From Euglena gracilis (Eukaryota), in assembly GCA_039621445.1 (NCBI GenBank), contig CP154954.1, positions 26,052,954 through 26,116,953 of the forward strand: a DNA stretch of 64,000 nucleotides, in the 5' to 3' direction. The translations under genes were made by a program, and so were the position numbers. Positions 1 through 11,500 of this stretch are shown piece by piece. Position 1 is the stretch's first letter; each line of letters begins with the position of its first letter. The notes beneath the pieces were generated by a model. The model did not search any database, had not been told where the DNA came from, and worked only from the letters and a program-made list of their open reading frames with translations.

Positions 1-232
1 CCCCTGGAGTGAGTTTCGACCCCCCCCCGGGGGGGGGACGAACAGGACACCCCCCCGGGGCGAGTTTCGACCCCGGGGGTGGGAAGAACGGGACCCCCCC
101 GGGGGGGGGGGGCGAGATTCGACCCCCCGGTGGGGGAAGAGCGGGACCCCCCCCAAGTGCGAGTTTCGAGCCCACGGGGGGAACGAATGGGACCCCCCCC
201 CGGGGTGAGTTTCGCCCCCCCGGGTCGGGAAC
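1..232. repeat. GC-rich degenerate tandem repeat (~50-55 bp unit, GAGTTTCGAC-polyC-polyG-GAACG core)
   Basis: About 4-5 recurring GAG(T/A)TTCG(A)-C-run-G-run units visible; runs off the window start. Confidence 0.75.
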
Positions 233-649
233 CGAGGTGTTCTGGCTGCACAGAGAGTCATTTATAAATTACCCAGCAATTTTCGTGGTGAGGTGAGTGT
301 GCGCAGCCTGAAGCCTGAATTAGGACTGAGCGCGCGGGCTTCACATTGTAATCTGTGTTGTTTCTGTTCAGTAAAATGTCATGAGTTGATTTCTGTGCCC
401 ATGGGTCGTGGCCCCCTGGCACATATCTGGACCACGGGACAGACTGAGGACTTAGAGACTTGAGTTTTGTGCTGTGGTTGAAGTTTGAAAATTTCACGTG
501 GAAGTTGCCTGCAAATGGGTGGCAAAGCAAGGCCCAAGGCGAATGCAAAACCCAAGGCAAAGCCGAAGCCAGCCAAACAGGGGGCCCGGGGTCGGGCGGC
601 GGAAAAGGTGTGGATTGCGAAAAGAGCCCCCACCCCGGCGCCGCCCCTG

Positions 650-1170
650 TTTGACAGTGTCTTTCCTGGGTCGTGCATTGACTTTTCCACAATCATCCTG
701 ATCCCACGCATTGTCAGTAGGTCGATGAGGGAAGCTGCCCTCAACTTGGTGGCTTCTGCTGTTTCCCCCAGCAGAAGGATGTCGTCCACATACCACACAT
801 GTGGTATGTTTTTCTGCTTCAGCCAGGAGCTCTCAGTGGTTTTGTCAATTTCTGTCACCACCAGGTACTCAAAGACCAACGAAATGGCGGGGCCTGGATC
901 TGAAAAGCTCCTTCCCTGAGCCTGAACCGCATTAACCTCTGAATGTGGGGATGAACGTGCAAGTGGTGGAAAAAAGATTTGATGTCCACGGTGACCACCC
1001 AGTGCAATTCTTTTTGCTGCAGAGTCTGCAGCAGGGTCTGCCAGGTGTCTTTTTTGTGTCGTGGAATTTTGTAGCGCTGGTTCAGGTTCCTGAGGTGTGT
1101 GATCAACCGGTTTCTTTTTAATCTCTGGTTAACGTTGGTGTCCACTGGCCGGTTTTTCCCCACTCCTCGT
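650..1170 (-). pseudogene. Decayed DIRS-type reverse transcriptase fragment
   Basis: Two frameshifted ORFs (855..1241, 379..879) give VTVDIKSFFHHL, QAPPFRWSLS and WYVDDILLLG, matching RT motifs of the DIRS type. Confidence 0.75.
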
Positions 1171-2676
1171 TCGTGAGCGGCCTTATGGCACCTGTTTTCA
1201 AGTACTCTGTAACGGTTTCTTGTGTGGCTGGTGTGGACCATTCGGGCTCCGCACTGCGAGATGGTAAGGACCTGCTTTCTTTGCCGGTTGTTCTGTTTTG
1301 GTGTGTTTGTGCGTGCGCGGGGGGTGCTTCTTACTGCTTTTTGTTGCAGGAGTTGGCTGCTTCCTAATTTTGCCCTTCGACCTCAAGAAGAAAGAAGTTC
1401 ACTGTTACAAGTTCAACTGGAATTAATTACAAGGAGTATTGCATTCACAAAGACTATCACTAGCATCAACTGGTCGGTGAAAACCGGGTAGGTCGGTGAA
1501 AAAACCAATTCTGAAACAAAAAAACCTGAGAAAAATGTATTTTGCAACTTAACTCCTTTCATAACACTAAAACCCTAACCTCGCTGCAACGAGCCCCGCC
1601 CCTGCGTCTGACCTTGAAGTCTCAGAACCCTTTGCAACCAGTCAATGGGGGGGGGGGACCAAACTTTTTTCGGACACCTCGACTTCAAAGAGGAAGAATT
1701 TAACTCTTCGAGTTCAACTGGAACCAGAAGCATTGCAATCACGCAGACAAAAGTCAATTGCTGGACTTCTATGAAGAAGATCTTCCAAGAAATTCAAATT
1801 GCCAAGAAGAACTTCAAAGGACTTCCAAGAGAGCAGCTGAAGCTGAAGCTGGGGAAGTTGGAGACACAGCAGATGCTGCAGAACCTGGAGCGGCGGCAGC
1901 AGCACCTCAGTGCGTGGCCGTCGGAACCCCCCACCCCCCCCCCACCACATCAAAGCTTTCAAAATCACCCATTCAGAAAGGTAACAGCCATGGACCATGG
2001 TCAGAAGGACAAGAAGACAGAAGGGGAGTACCATCGCAGGTCCTGAGGGTCCTGGTCCAGAGGGGGGGACCCCCCAGGGGTTTTTTTTAGTCTGAGACCC
2101 CGGGAAGGGGAGGGGGGGTAGAGTGGGTGGGTTCCTTGGACCCCCACCCCCCCCCCCCGGTTGGGGGTAGGGGCTGGTGGGTATTTCTTTTTTGGCGCTA
2201 AAGGCGCCGAAAACGGTGCTATTTTTAGGATTTTCGAGCAAAGTGGGTGGGTCCCCCAGGGGGTGGGTGGGTGGTGCCGACCCCCGCCCCCCCGGTCTTA
2301 AAAAGGGGGGGTCCGACCCACTCCCCTGCCTCCAGGCTTCCCATCTATCCCTGGTGACCCGTCCGTCCCCCCGGGGGTGGGGTTGGCCAGAGTCACCCAA
2401 AAGTGGCTGAGTGCCCAACGGGCGCTGAAGGCGCCGGAAAATTTTTTGGCCAAAAATGGCCTTGAAAGGCAAAAAAACCGGTTTTCCTGACCCCTAACTC
2501 TATTCCTTCTAATAACCTCAGAAATTCTCTCGGTATAAGAATATTTCTGAATAAAAATACTATATGTACAAGTGCATTCCTGCGTAAGAAAAAAACAAAC
2601 AAGCAGAACCAAGAACAATGAACCATGCTAACAAACCCCAAAAAAACTTGCAACTGAAACTTGAATGCATGTACGT

Positions 2677-3030
2677 AGGAGGATGATCGAGATCCTCCTC
2701 GAACGTCGTTCGAGGTCGTTCGAGGAGGATCAAAATCCTCCTCGAATGTCGTTCGAGGTCGTTCGAGGAGGATCAAACTCCTCCTCGAACGTCGTTCGAG
2801 GTCGTTCGAGGAGGATTGAAATCTTCCTCAAACGTCGCTCGAGGTCGTTCGAGGAGGATCAAAATCCTCCTCGAACGTCGTTCGAGGTCGTTCGAGGATG
2901 ATCAAAATCCTCCTCGAATGTCCTTCGAGGTCGTTCGAGGAGGATTTTAAGCCCCCCCCCCCCTCGAAGAGGGGGGGCTCAAAAACGTTCGAGGAGGTTC
3001 GAGCTCGAACGTTCGAGCTCGAACCTCCTC
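2677..3030. repeat. 43-bp tandem array of palindromic TCGA-rich units ending in a perfect 40-bp palindrome
   Basis: Unit GAGGAGGATCAAAATCCTCCTCGAACGTCGTTCGAGGTCGTTC, about 6 copies at 43-bp spacing; 2991-3030 is its own reverse complement. Confidence 0.9.
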
Positions 3031-3610
3031 CTACTGTTACCCCCCCGCAGGGAGGTCACTTTCCACTCTGAAAAAACCAGTCAGTCACTTTTTTCAGCCA
3101 AGCCAATCACCCACTTTCCTCCCCTCAGGGGGGGTCGGGAACTCAACAGACTCCCCCCCTTTTCTCTGTTACCCCCTTTCCAGGGGACAAAGCAAGGGCC
3201 ATGGCAGCCTTTCAAAAAAAATCAGAAGTCCAAGGGATTCAAGTCAACACAAGGGACTAAAGCTAAAGCAGGCATCACTCAACAGGGCCTGGGGCCTAGA
3301 ATCGAGGCTATTGCAGCCATCATTCCCAGCCGAAGGTCAAGGCTTTGGCAGCCAGTATCCCAGCGTGGAAAGATCCCGTTGGGGAAAGGTATGTCCAACT
3401 TTCCCCCAGCACCCTCAAAAACAAACCCCCCAAGGACAGCAAGCAGATGCCAAGACAGCTGGCATCTAGACCCTCAAAACAATCATGCCAAGGTGGCTTA
3501 TCTGGGGAATCAAGAGGGACAGAGAGGACACAAGAGAAGATCCGGAGAGAAGGCCAATGGAGGCCAGGCAGGCCTGAAGGCCAATGGAGGCCAGGTGGAT
3601 ATGAAGGCCA

Positions 3611-5543
3611 ATGGAGGCCACTACATTCAAGACAAGAGAAGTCCAGGAGAACAGGCCAATGGACGCCACCACACTCAAGGCCATCCACTCTACATCAACC
3701 CTTGGGGGGGAGACCCAAGGTTGGTTCAAGCAGACCCCCCCCCAGAAGATAATCATCCCAGACCCCCCATCCTTATATGTGCCTCCCCACTGCAGACACA
3801 GACCGTCTCCCATCATTAAAAAACAGGCGGAAAGCCTGTCTTTGAGAAGCCCTATGGCCCGGCCAGCTGCAGCCCCAGTAATGGGACAGCCATCACTGGG
3901 GTCCTTCCCCAGTGATGGGGCCTGTGGAATCCCCAGACACATTACACCCAGGGGTGCCCCCTTACAAGGCCCTGCAGGCCAGCGTTATCCATTGGCCAAA
4001 GCAGGAGCCAACAGAGAGGTATTAAACCTGACAAGCGAGGGGGTTATGGCAGATCCTCCCCTCCCCCCTCAGATGTCCTTAAAAGTTCCCTTCAAAGCAC
4101 CCCAGGAAAACATTACTGCCCAGAAAATCCTGAGAGAATACGAATGTGCAGGAGCAACCAGGCAAATCCCCCCAGAGGAGGCAAAAAAATTTCTCCCTTA
4201 CTTCATTATTTCCAAAGAGGAAGGGGAGAAGACAAAAGAAAGATTAATCTCAGATTGTCGACAGTTAAATCTCCACTTCACCCCCAAGAAGTTCAGACTG
4301 GAACACATGGGAAACGTCTCCCATATTTAAGAAAGGGTTGGTTTTGTGGAAAAATCGATCTGGAAAATGCTTATTTTCACCTAAAGCTGCACAGCAGCCT
4401 TGAAAAATATGTTTGCGTGTAAGTTGTGGGGGAAATTTGGCAGTTTCATCAGCAGCCTGCCACAAAAATTATGACTCTCATGAGAGTCTGGGAAAGAAAA
4501 TGGAGAAAAAAAGGGAAAGGTGGTTTTTATCTACCTGAACGACATTTTGCTGTTAGCCCCCAGCAAAAATACAGCAGCCCAACATTTGGCAGAAAAAAAA
4601 AGGACCTTTTACTGGCAGGTTTCAGATTAAACCTCCCCAAAGCCTGCCTGAAACCCACAGAGGAAATAAAGCATTGGGGCCAGTGGGTCAATTTCAAAAA
4701 AGGATAAATATAAATTCCTCACGAAAAACTAAAATACCTAAAAACTAAAATAAAGTGCTCACAGCACAAAAAATGTGCTGCAGAAAACTCAGTTAGATTG
4801 TGGGTCAAGTCACAAGCTACTTAGTATCAATGCAATTTCTCAGAATTCTGACAGAGCAACTTTGCAAAATGGTGAACCGGCACACAAAGTTGGGTAGAGA
4901 CAACACCCTAACCATTCCCCAGGGGGTAAAGGATCAAATTGTGGAATTAAAGGCATTTTTACAGCCAGTTGTTATCAGGGCATTTCAATCCCAGGCCCCT
5001 CAGGAACTTTTCTCAGACAGCAGCACCTGGCAGTGGGGGCTGTGGCTAGGCAAACATTCGGGCCGAAAGGTGCAGGATTTTTTGAGTGACCTGCATGTCC
5101 TTCATATCAATCAAAAAGAGTTGCAGGCTGCACTGGAAACTGTAAAAGCTTTGGCCAAACCAAAACAAACTATTGTGCTTCATGTAGACAGCCAGGTGGC
5201 TGTAAGTTATTTAACAAAATGGGGAGGCAAAAAGCCATACCTAAATTCCTTCTTAAAACCCCTGCTGTATCATTGTCAGGAAAGGCAGATAAATTTGCAG
5301 GTGGTTTGGGTTCCCACCCAGGAGCAATTGGCAGACTCCTTGACCAGGGAGCAAAAGGACCCAAGGGATTATACCCTAAAGCTGAACATCACCACATTCT
5401 TCAATTTTTCAAAAAGACATAACCCCAGAGGTGGACATGCTTTGCACACCCAGCAACAAAAAATCCTCCAAGTTCGTCTGTCGACACCCCCACCAAGGGG
5501 CTTTGCTGGTGGCAGAGTTAACGGGCCTCCCCCCCATTTATGA
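3611..5543 (+). pseudogene. DIRS RT-RNase H, frameshifted
   Basis: FIISK..RLISDCRQLN, KIDLENAYFHL, LFSDSS..WG, HINQKELQA, LHVDSQVAVSYL and VWVPTQEQLADSLTR, spread over 4 ORFs. Confidence 0.85.
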
Positions 5544-5739
5544 AAACCCACCCTGGAGCATCATTCCCAAGTGGGTTCAGAGATTAATGTTAAACCCAGA
5601 CCTAACTTGTCTGTTGATCGTACCCCACTGGGCTTCGACGTCATGGTGGCGCCAATTAATGTCAATCAGGCAGCCAGGCAGCAAAGTTTTGCTGGTACCC
5701 TCCCAGTGGGGTCTTTTCACCAACTGCTTGGGGGAGTAG
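5431..5739 (+). pseudogene. DIRS Dam-like (N6-adenine) methyltransferase domain
   Basis: YENPPWSIIPKWVQRL...CLLIVPHW directly after RNase H, the usual position of the DIRS MT domain. Confidence 0.8.
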
Positions 5740-5759
5740 ATCCCCCCCCCAAGGTGGAA

Positions 5760-6642
5760 TTTGGCCTGCTTGATTGTTTCAGGCAAATATTACAATCCCA
5801 GGAAGTTTCGATGTCTAGTGGCGACACTGACATAAACAATCTGCGAAATGTCAAAAGATATGACTCAACCTTCAGGACATTGGTGGGCCAATTGTTGCAA
5901 AAACGGGTGCCCCTGCAGGTCTGCACAGTCCACAAGATTGCCGAGGCCATCCTTGATCTTGCTGTTCACAGCCTCAACACTGCAAGAAATGCATATGCAG
6001 CAGCTTTGTTGCTTCCAGGGTTTCGTTAATTGAGGATTTCCCCTCTTTTGGCTCCATTGAAAGGGAAAAGGAAATCCAATGTATGCAAGTATTCCCGTTT
6101 TTGGAACCCAACTGAATTTCTAGAAAACATAACCAGAAATTCAAACCCCCTCTCAGAACTGTCTGTGAAAAGGCTCAGAAACACGCTCATCATTTGTTGG
6201 AGGCTGTTGGCCCTCCACAGGGGGGTTGACCTAGCCAGAACTCAGCCAGAAAATCAGTTTCGTGGTAGAAAAAATTTTCATTCTGGTGCAAAGGAAAGGG
6301 TGGCAGTACCCCAGGTGGGAGGAGATTTTTAATTTGCCACACAGCCCCCTCATAAGCCCCTGGCATTTATTGAAAGATTATGTGGAAATGACAGCCCACA
6401 TGGTTGGGCACAAAAATAATTTGTTATGGTCTTTGGATGGTAAAAGACCTTTGACCTCACACAGAGTGAATTCACTCACCAGAGAAGTGTTGCAAGAGGT
6501 GGGGGTGGACACCACCCACTGGAAACCCCACAGCACCAGAGGGGCTGGAGTTTTATGGTGGAAAAATGCTGGTTTGCAAGTGGAGGAAGTCCAGCAGCTG
6601 GGTCAGTGGAAAATTTTGGAGCCTATCAAGCCCATTATTTGA
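5760..6642 (+). pseudogene. DIRS tyrosine recombinase, frameshifted
   Basis: LLALHRGVDLAR (catalytic R) and WKPHSTRGAG...QLGQW (H-x-x-R, G-x-W). Confidence 0.85.
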
Positions 6643-7259
6643 GGCTGGGAGTCGTATCAAAAAATCAAAAAAAATTGGCCCAAAGGGGGGTTCACAGCAC
6701 CTCACCATCTCGCAGTGCGGAGCCCGAACGGTCTCGGAATCCCACGACACAGGAAGGGGGAGGAAGGGACCAAGAGGGAGAAGCACAAAAAGACGGTGAG
6801 CCGAACCTCGCCACCCAAAAAAATCAGCAGAAAGACATCCCAGCCAGAAAGGGGACGTCCGAACAAGCAGCCCCAACCACCCACCCAGAAACACACCGGA
6901 AAGAGACAGCCATCCCCACCTCCGGTGGGGCCCCCCACCAAGCGATCAAGTGAGAGGGGGGGGGGGGGCGGGGCCTCGACGGTTCAGCTTTGCCAAGGTG
7001 TCGGAGGAGGCCTCATCGTCGCCAAACTCCGGCAACAAAGACGCAGTAAGAAGCACCGCCCGCGCACGCACAAACACACCAGAACAGAACAGCCGGCAAG
7101 GAAAGCACGACCTCGCCATCTTCTTGTGCTTCGCCTCTTGGTCCCTTCCTCCCCCTTCCTGTGTCGTGGGAGTCCGAAAGTCTGCTGTTTTTGGGTTTTT
7201 CTGCAGCTTTGGGATACTGAGCATTGGTGCTTTCACCCCTTTTTTGGTTGTTTGCAGCG

Positions 7260-7382
7260 GCACTTTGTCTGCCCGTAGAGTGACCCAGTGTTCCAGCTTC
7301 CAAGAGGGTGGACCCCCAGTCACTGGGCAATGGATGGGACCTGAACTGGGGAATTTTTTTCAGTTGGGTCAACCCCCCCTGG
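7260..7382 (+). pseudogene. 5' half of the Dam-like MT domain of DIRS element 2 (interrupted by LTR element B)
   Basis: Reads DLNWGIFFSWVNPPW up to the TSD and continues as EVIGRTLQKV after position 49485. Confidence 0.75.
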
Positions 7383-7894
7383 TGTTAAGGGGTCCTTAAC
7401 CAACAATTTGACCTAAATGGGCCTTGGGGCTTGGAAAATCACTGAAATTCCCATTTTTTGGATTTCAGTCGAATTAAAAGTTCGGAAAAGGTTCTGTGGG
7501 TAGGCCTTTGAAGCCTGAACCCCTATTTTGGCCTTTCCGGCCTTAACTGGCGAAATTTCCTGGACCAGTCGGCCGAATTTTTCCAGTCGGTAGGAACAGT
7601 GCAAATTCCTAGTTAAGCAAAGCCCCAAATCGAACCCCCCAATTTTAAACTCAATCTCACACACAGGGTTCTTTACCTACCGAACGTACTGAAGAACACT
7701 ACAAAAAAAATCAATTGTTTGTGCTTTTGAAGAGGCTGATTTTGGTTAAAAATCAATTTCAAGGTGGATTTGGAAAGGCTCAAAAGCCAAAAAAAGAAAA
7801 ATTTGAAGAAATTAAATACGAAGGCCGGCCAGCCCCCTCAAAACAGCCGAGGCCGAAGGATCCGAGAAACCAAGAACCAAAGAAAGGGTTTTCA
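7383..7894 (+). repeat. 5' LTR of element B
   Basis: TGTTAAGG...GGTTTTCA; near-identical to 48775-49481 apart from a T-rich insert in that copy. Confidence 0.92.
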
Positions 7895-7912
7895 TGGAGG
7901 TCCTACCCGGAT
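7895..7912 (+). promoter_or_regulatory. Primer-binding site of element B, tRNA-Gln-like
   Basis: TGGAGGTCCTACCCGGAT abuts the LTR; its reverse complement ATCCGGGTAGGACCT-CCA resembles eukaryotic tRNA-Gln 3' ends as recalled. Confidence 0.7.
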
Positions 7913-8029
7913 CCTCCGGCCAAGGCCTGGGGGAGGCTTGGCCTGGCAAAGAAGACAAAGACCAAGAAGATCAAGAAGAAAATGAAGAGCTTGAAGGGGT
8001 GGTGCCATCAGGCCCCCCCGAGGTGGTGC

Positions 8030-8533
8030 TGTGAGTCAGGGGTGCTGAGTGCCCAAAACAACATAACCTAACCCAACCCAACCTGATGACTCTGCAGTTA
8101 GGATTAGGAAAATCTTATTAGGAATTTCAATCAGCTGACTCTATCTGTCCCTGTGCAGGGCTCTGTCTCTGTCACTCATTCTGTCAGTTGTTCAAGAATT
8201 ATCTGGGATCAATTATCATCAATTGTTTGGACCAATCATTATCTTACCCTTGGTTTGGACTTCTGGACTTTGGTACTCTCTTCCTTTGTGGTTTGCTTGT
8301 ATTGTGCTGTTGGATTTGTGGGATTTTTAAACTTTTGGCAAATACGAGGTGTGAAACTTTGAGCCAACCCACCTCATTTCACCCAAAACACCCTAAAAAC
8401 AAAAGAAAATGCATTTTTTAAAACAGGCCGCGAGGGGAATTGAAATCACCCTGGGCAGGGTAAAAGATCCTACGCAACGGGGTGCCGGCCCCGAGGGACT
8501 GGAAACTCCAGGGCAGGCACCACGGTTACAACA
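8030..8533 (+). repeat. 5' LTR of element A
   Basis: TGTGAGTC...TACAACA, direct repeat of 20482-20985. Confidence 0.95.
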
Positions 8534-11500
8534 TGGTCGCAGAGGTAGACTGCCCAATTTTGATTCCCCTCCAACATGCGGCTACGAACAACAAGCTGAA
8601 AAACGACCAGAAACTGAAAAAAATGACGCTGACATGCCAGCTGCCGAAACCGCCATCGCTAGGGTGGTGGAGCCGGCGGAGGTGGAGCAGGCGGATGGTT
8701 TCCCAGCCATGAACCAAACACTGGAAATGCCAGCTGCCTTAACCGCCATCGTTAGGGTGGTGGAGCCGGCAGATGGTTTTGCCGCCATGTACCAATCACT
8801 GGACAGCAACAGGTGGACTGAAACTGAACAAGACGGCACAGACATTACAGTGCCACGGACATGCAATGACAGCCTACGTGTCATTGCCATGGTGCACATG
8901 GACCAGGACGACACCGAACAGACCGGTCCATCACCAGATTACACAGAACTGGACGAAAACAACGAACCGTACTTCGACGAACAGGTGTTTGCACCACAAA
9001 ACTGGTACCAACAGCCAGAAACGGACACTCAGAACGACCAAAACTGGCAAACTGCAACAGCACAGCAACCAGGAACCCAGAGTTTTGCACTGGTGGCGGT
9101 ACGACAGAGCCCGGAACAACCAGACCGCCTCCAGGGTGAAACTGAAACTTCGTACCAGGAACCTTCGTACAGCTCGTACGAGATTCCACAGCCGGAACCG
9201 CAGAACCAGAACACTGACTGGGACTGGTGGTCGAACTTTGCGTACGAAACTGGACAGCTGACCCAGGAATTTCAACAGTTCAGACGCAAAACTGAACAGA
9301 CGAACCAACAAACGGCAGAAACTCTGCAGCAGCTGCAACAAACAACGACGGAATGGGTCAGCGAACTGCACGCAACAGTCAACAGACAGGGTGAAGCACT
9401 CATGACAGAAATAAACGGTAGACACGAAGATTTTACGACAGTCCTGGCAACAACCCAAGCAAACATGGAACAGGTGACCGTCAACCAGAACAGGCTGTAC
9501 CAGGAACATTTTAACGGAATGTCACAGCAGATCACAGAAATCAGGGAAATGTCTGGCTCACTGGGTGAAAAACTCAGGGAATTTCACAGTTTTCTACAGA
9601 CGGCAGGTGGAAACGCACAGAACCAGGGTGAACATCTGGTTGGTTTACTACACCGACAGCGAGAAAACGAAAAAACAACTGCAGAACTGCAACAAAGATT
9701 GGCTGTGGCAGAAGAACGGGTCGCAGGAATCACAGGCGGAGTCCAAACGGTGAACAGCAAAGTGGACGAAACTGTGGCAACAGTGTCCAGAAAGGTTGAA
9801 AACCTCAGAGGCGAAATCAGCAGTGTGGTGGAAAAAATTCAGAAGGAAATGGGCAGTGAAATCCGAAATCTGACAGGACGGGTTCAGCAGCAGGAAACAA
9901 AAACGACAACAACCATTCAAAACTGTGATTACCTGCACAAAAAACTGGTCGAACTGCAGAAAATCCCAGATCAGCAGCAGCAGATTACACAGCTGAACGA
10001 GGAAATCGGCAGACTGAAACGACAGGTGGAAACTCTGACCTCCAACGAAGAAAAACACAAACAACGCACTGAACGCCTGAACCTGGAGGTCGGCAACCTG
10101 GGTCACAGGGTGGACGAAACAGCCCAAACGACTGAAAACCTGCTGGGTGAACTGCAAAAAGGGGCCATTAAAACGGGAACACATGCCACATCTGAACATG
10201 CCAAATGGCTGGAAATGACATCTGCCATTGGCTCAATGACAACCAGGGTCGGTCAACTGGAAGCAAAACTGGCTGGTCCGATAACAAAAACTGCAGAACG
10301 AGAAACACATGACAACGGCATCTGGCAGCATTTACATACTCTGACCACGGAACTACAAACACAGCAGAAACGGTGGACAGAACAGCTGGTGACCCTGGAC
10401 AGAAAAATCAGCACAGTGACAAAAACGACTGAAAACCTGACTGAAAAACTGGAAAGGCAAAACACCCAGCAAATCACAACCCCCAGCCCTAGCCTGGCTG
10501 AAATACCCAGACTTTTTGAAAATTTAAGCATTTCCTCTCGCCCAGCCTGCACAGGGACCTTCGGGCCAGAGTCAGGGGCCAGCCCCCTGGCCGGTGGGCC
10601 TCCCTCGAGGACCCAGGCTGGACAGCCAGGGGCAGCCACAACGGCCCAGCGAACAGAACAGGGGGTAGACAGGGCCGCGGGCCAACGGGGATCGGGGACC
10701 CCAGAACCCCAGAACCAGCCCCCGGCAGCCCTGAGGGGCCAACCCACAGGACAAAACGGGGCGGGGACCCTAGAACCCCAAGCCTGGCTAACGGGGATGG
10801 GGACCCCACAACCCCTGGCCCAGCCACGGCCAGCCCTGAGGGGCCAGCCCGCAAGAAACCAAGGGACGGGGACCCCAGAACCCCAGGCCTGTCAAACGGG
10901 GACGGGGACCCCACAACCCCTGACAGGTATGTTCAGCCAGAGCAGCCAGCACTGGGGGGACGAAACACCACACCCAAAAACGGAAGGAGGACCTGCAGCA
11001 CTGGGGACCGTTAACCCGGCTTCCCTGGTGGGGCAGCTCATCCAGCAAGAACTAAAAACTGCCTTGACACCGTTAATTGCCCAACTGACTCGACAAACAG
11101 AACAACGGCCGACTGCAGTCCCGACCAGCCCAGCACTTACGACAAACACGACAAGCCCAGTACCACAGTCAACGCAACCTCAGCCGACTCAACAGCCAGT
11201 GACGACGCAACAAAACCCACAGTCCCGGACTCGGGGCTTGTTCATGTGGGCAGACGAAACCGACACTCGGAACACAGCCACAACAACTTGGGTGGGACCC
11301 CAGCTGGGGGCTACCCAAACTGCCATCCACCACATAGGAGAGGAAACAGTGGTGGCACCCGTGGCAACGGCCCCGGCAGCATCCTTCGGGCTGCTGCTGG
11401 GTCCAGTGGGCGCGGCAATGACCAAAGACCTGGTAAGACCAACACTGCAGGGGAATTTCGCAGATTTTGCCGTGAAATTTCCGATGTACCTGCAACGTGT

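Larger units (their letters stand above)
3030..7180 (+). mobile_element. DIRS-type tyrosine-recombinase retrotransposon 1, decayed (RT, RNase H, Dam-like MT, YR); boundaries approximate
   Basis: Domain order RT-RH-MT then YR in frameshifted ORFs; an inverted repeat (6734-6800 / 7112-7177) follows the YR. Confidence 0.85.

Noticed and set aside
2677-2945. CRISPR-like array of palindromic repeats
   Set aside because: The sequence between palindromes is constant, there are no unique spacers or cas genes, and the context is eukaryotic.
8153-8421. Small hydrophobic ORFs repeated at 20605-20873
   Set aside because: They lie inside the LTRs of element A, and their repetition simply reflects the LTR duplication.
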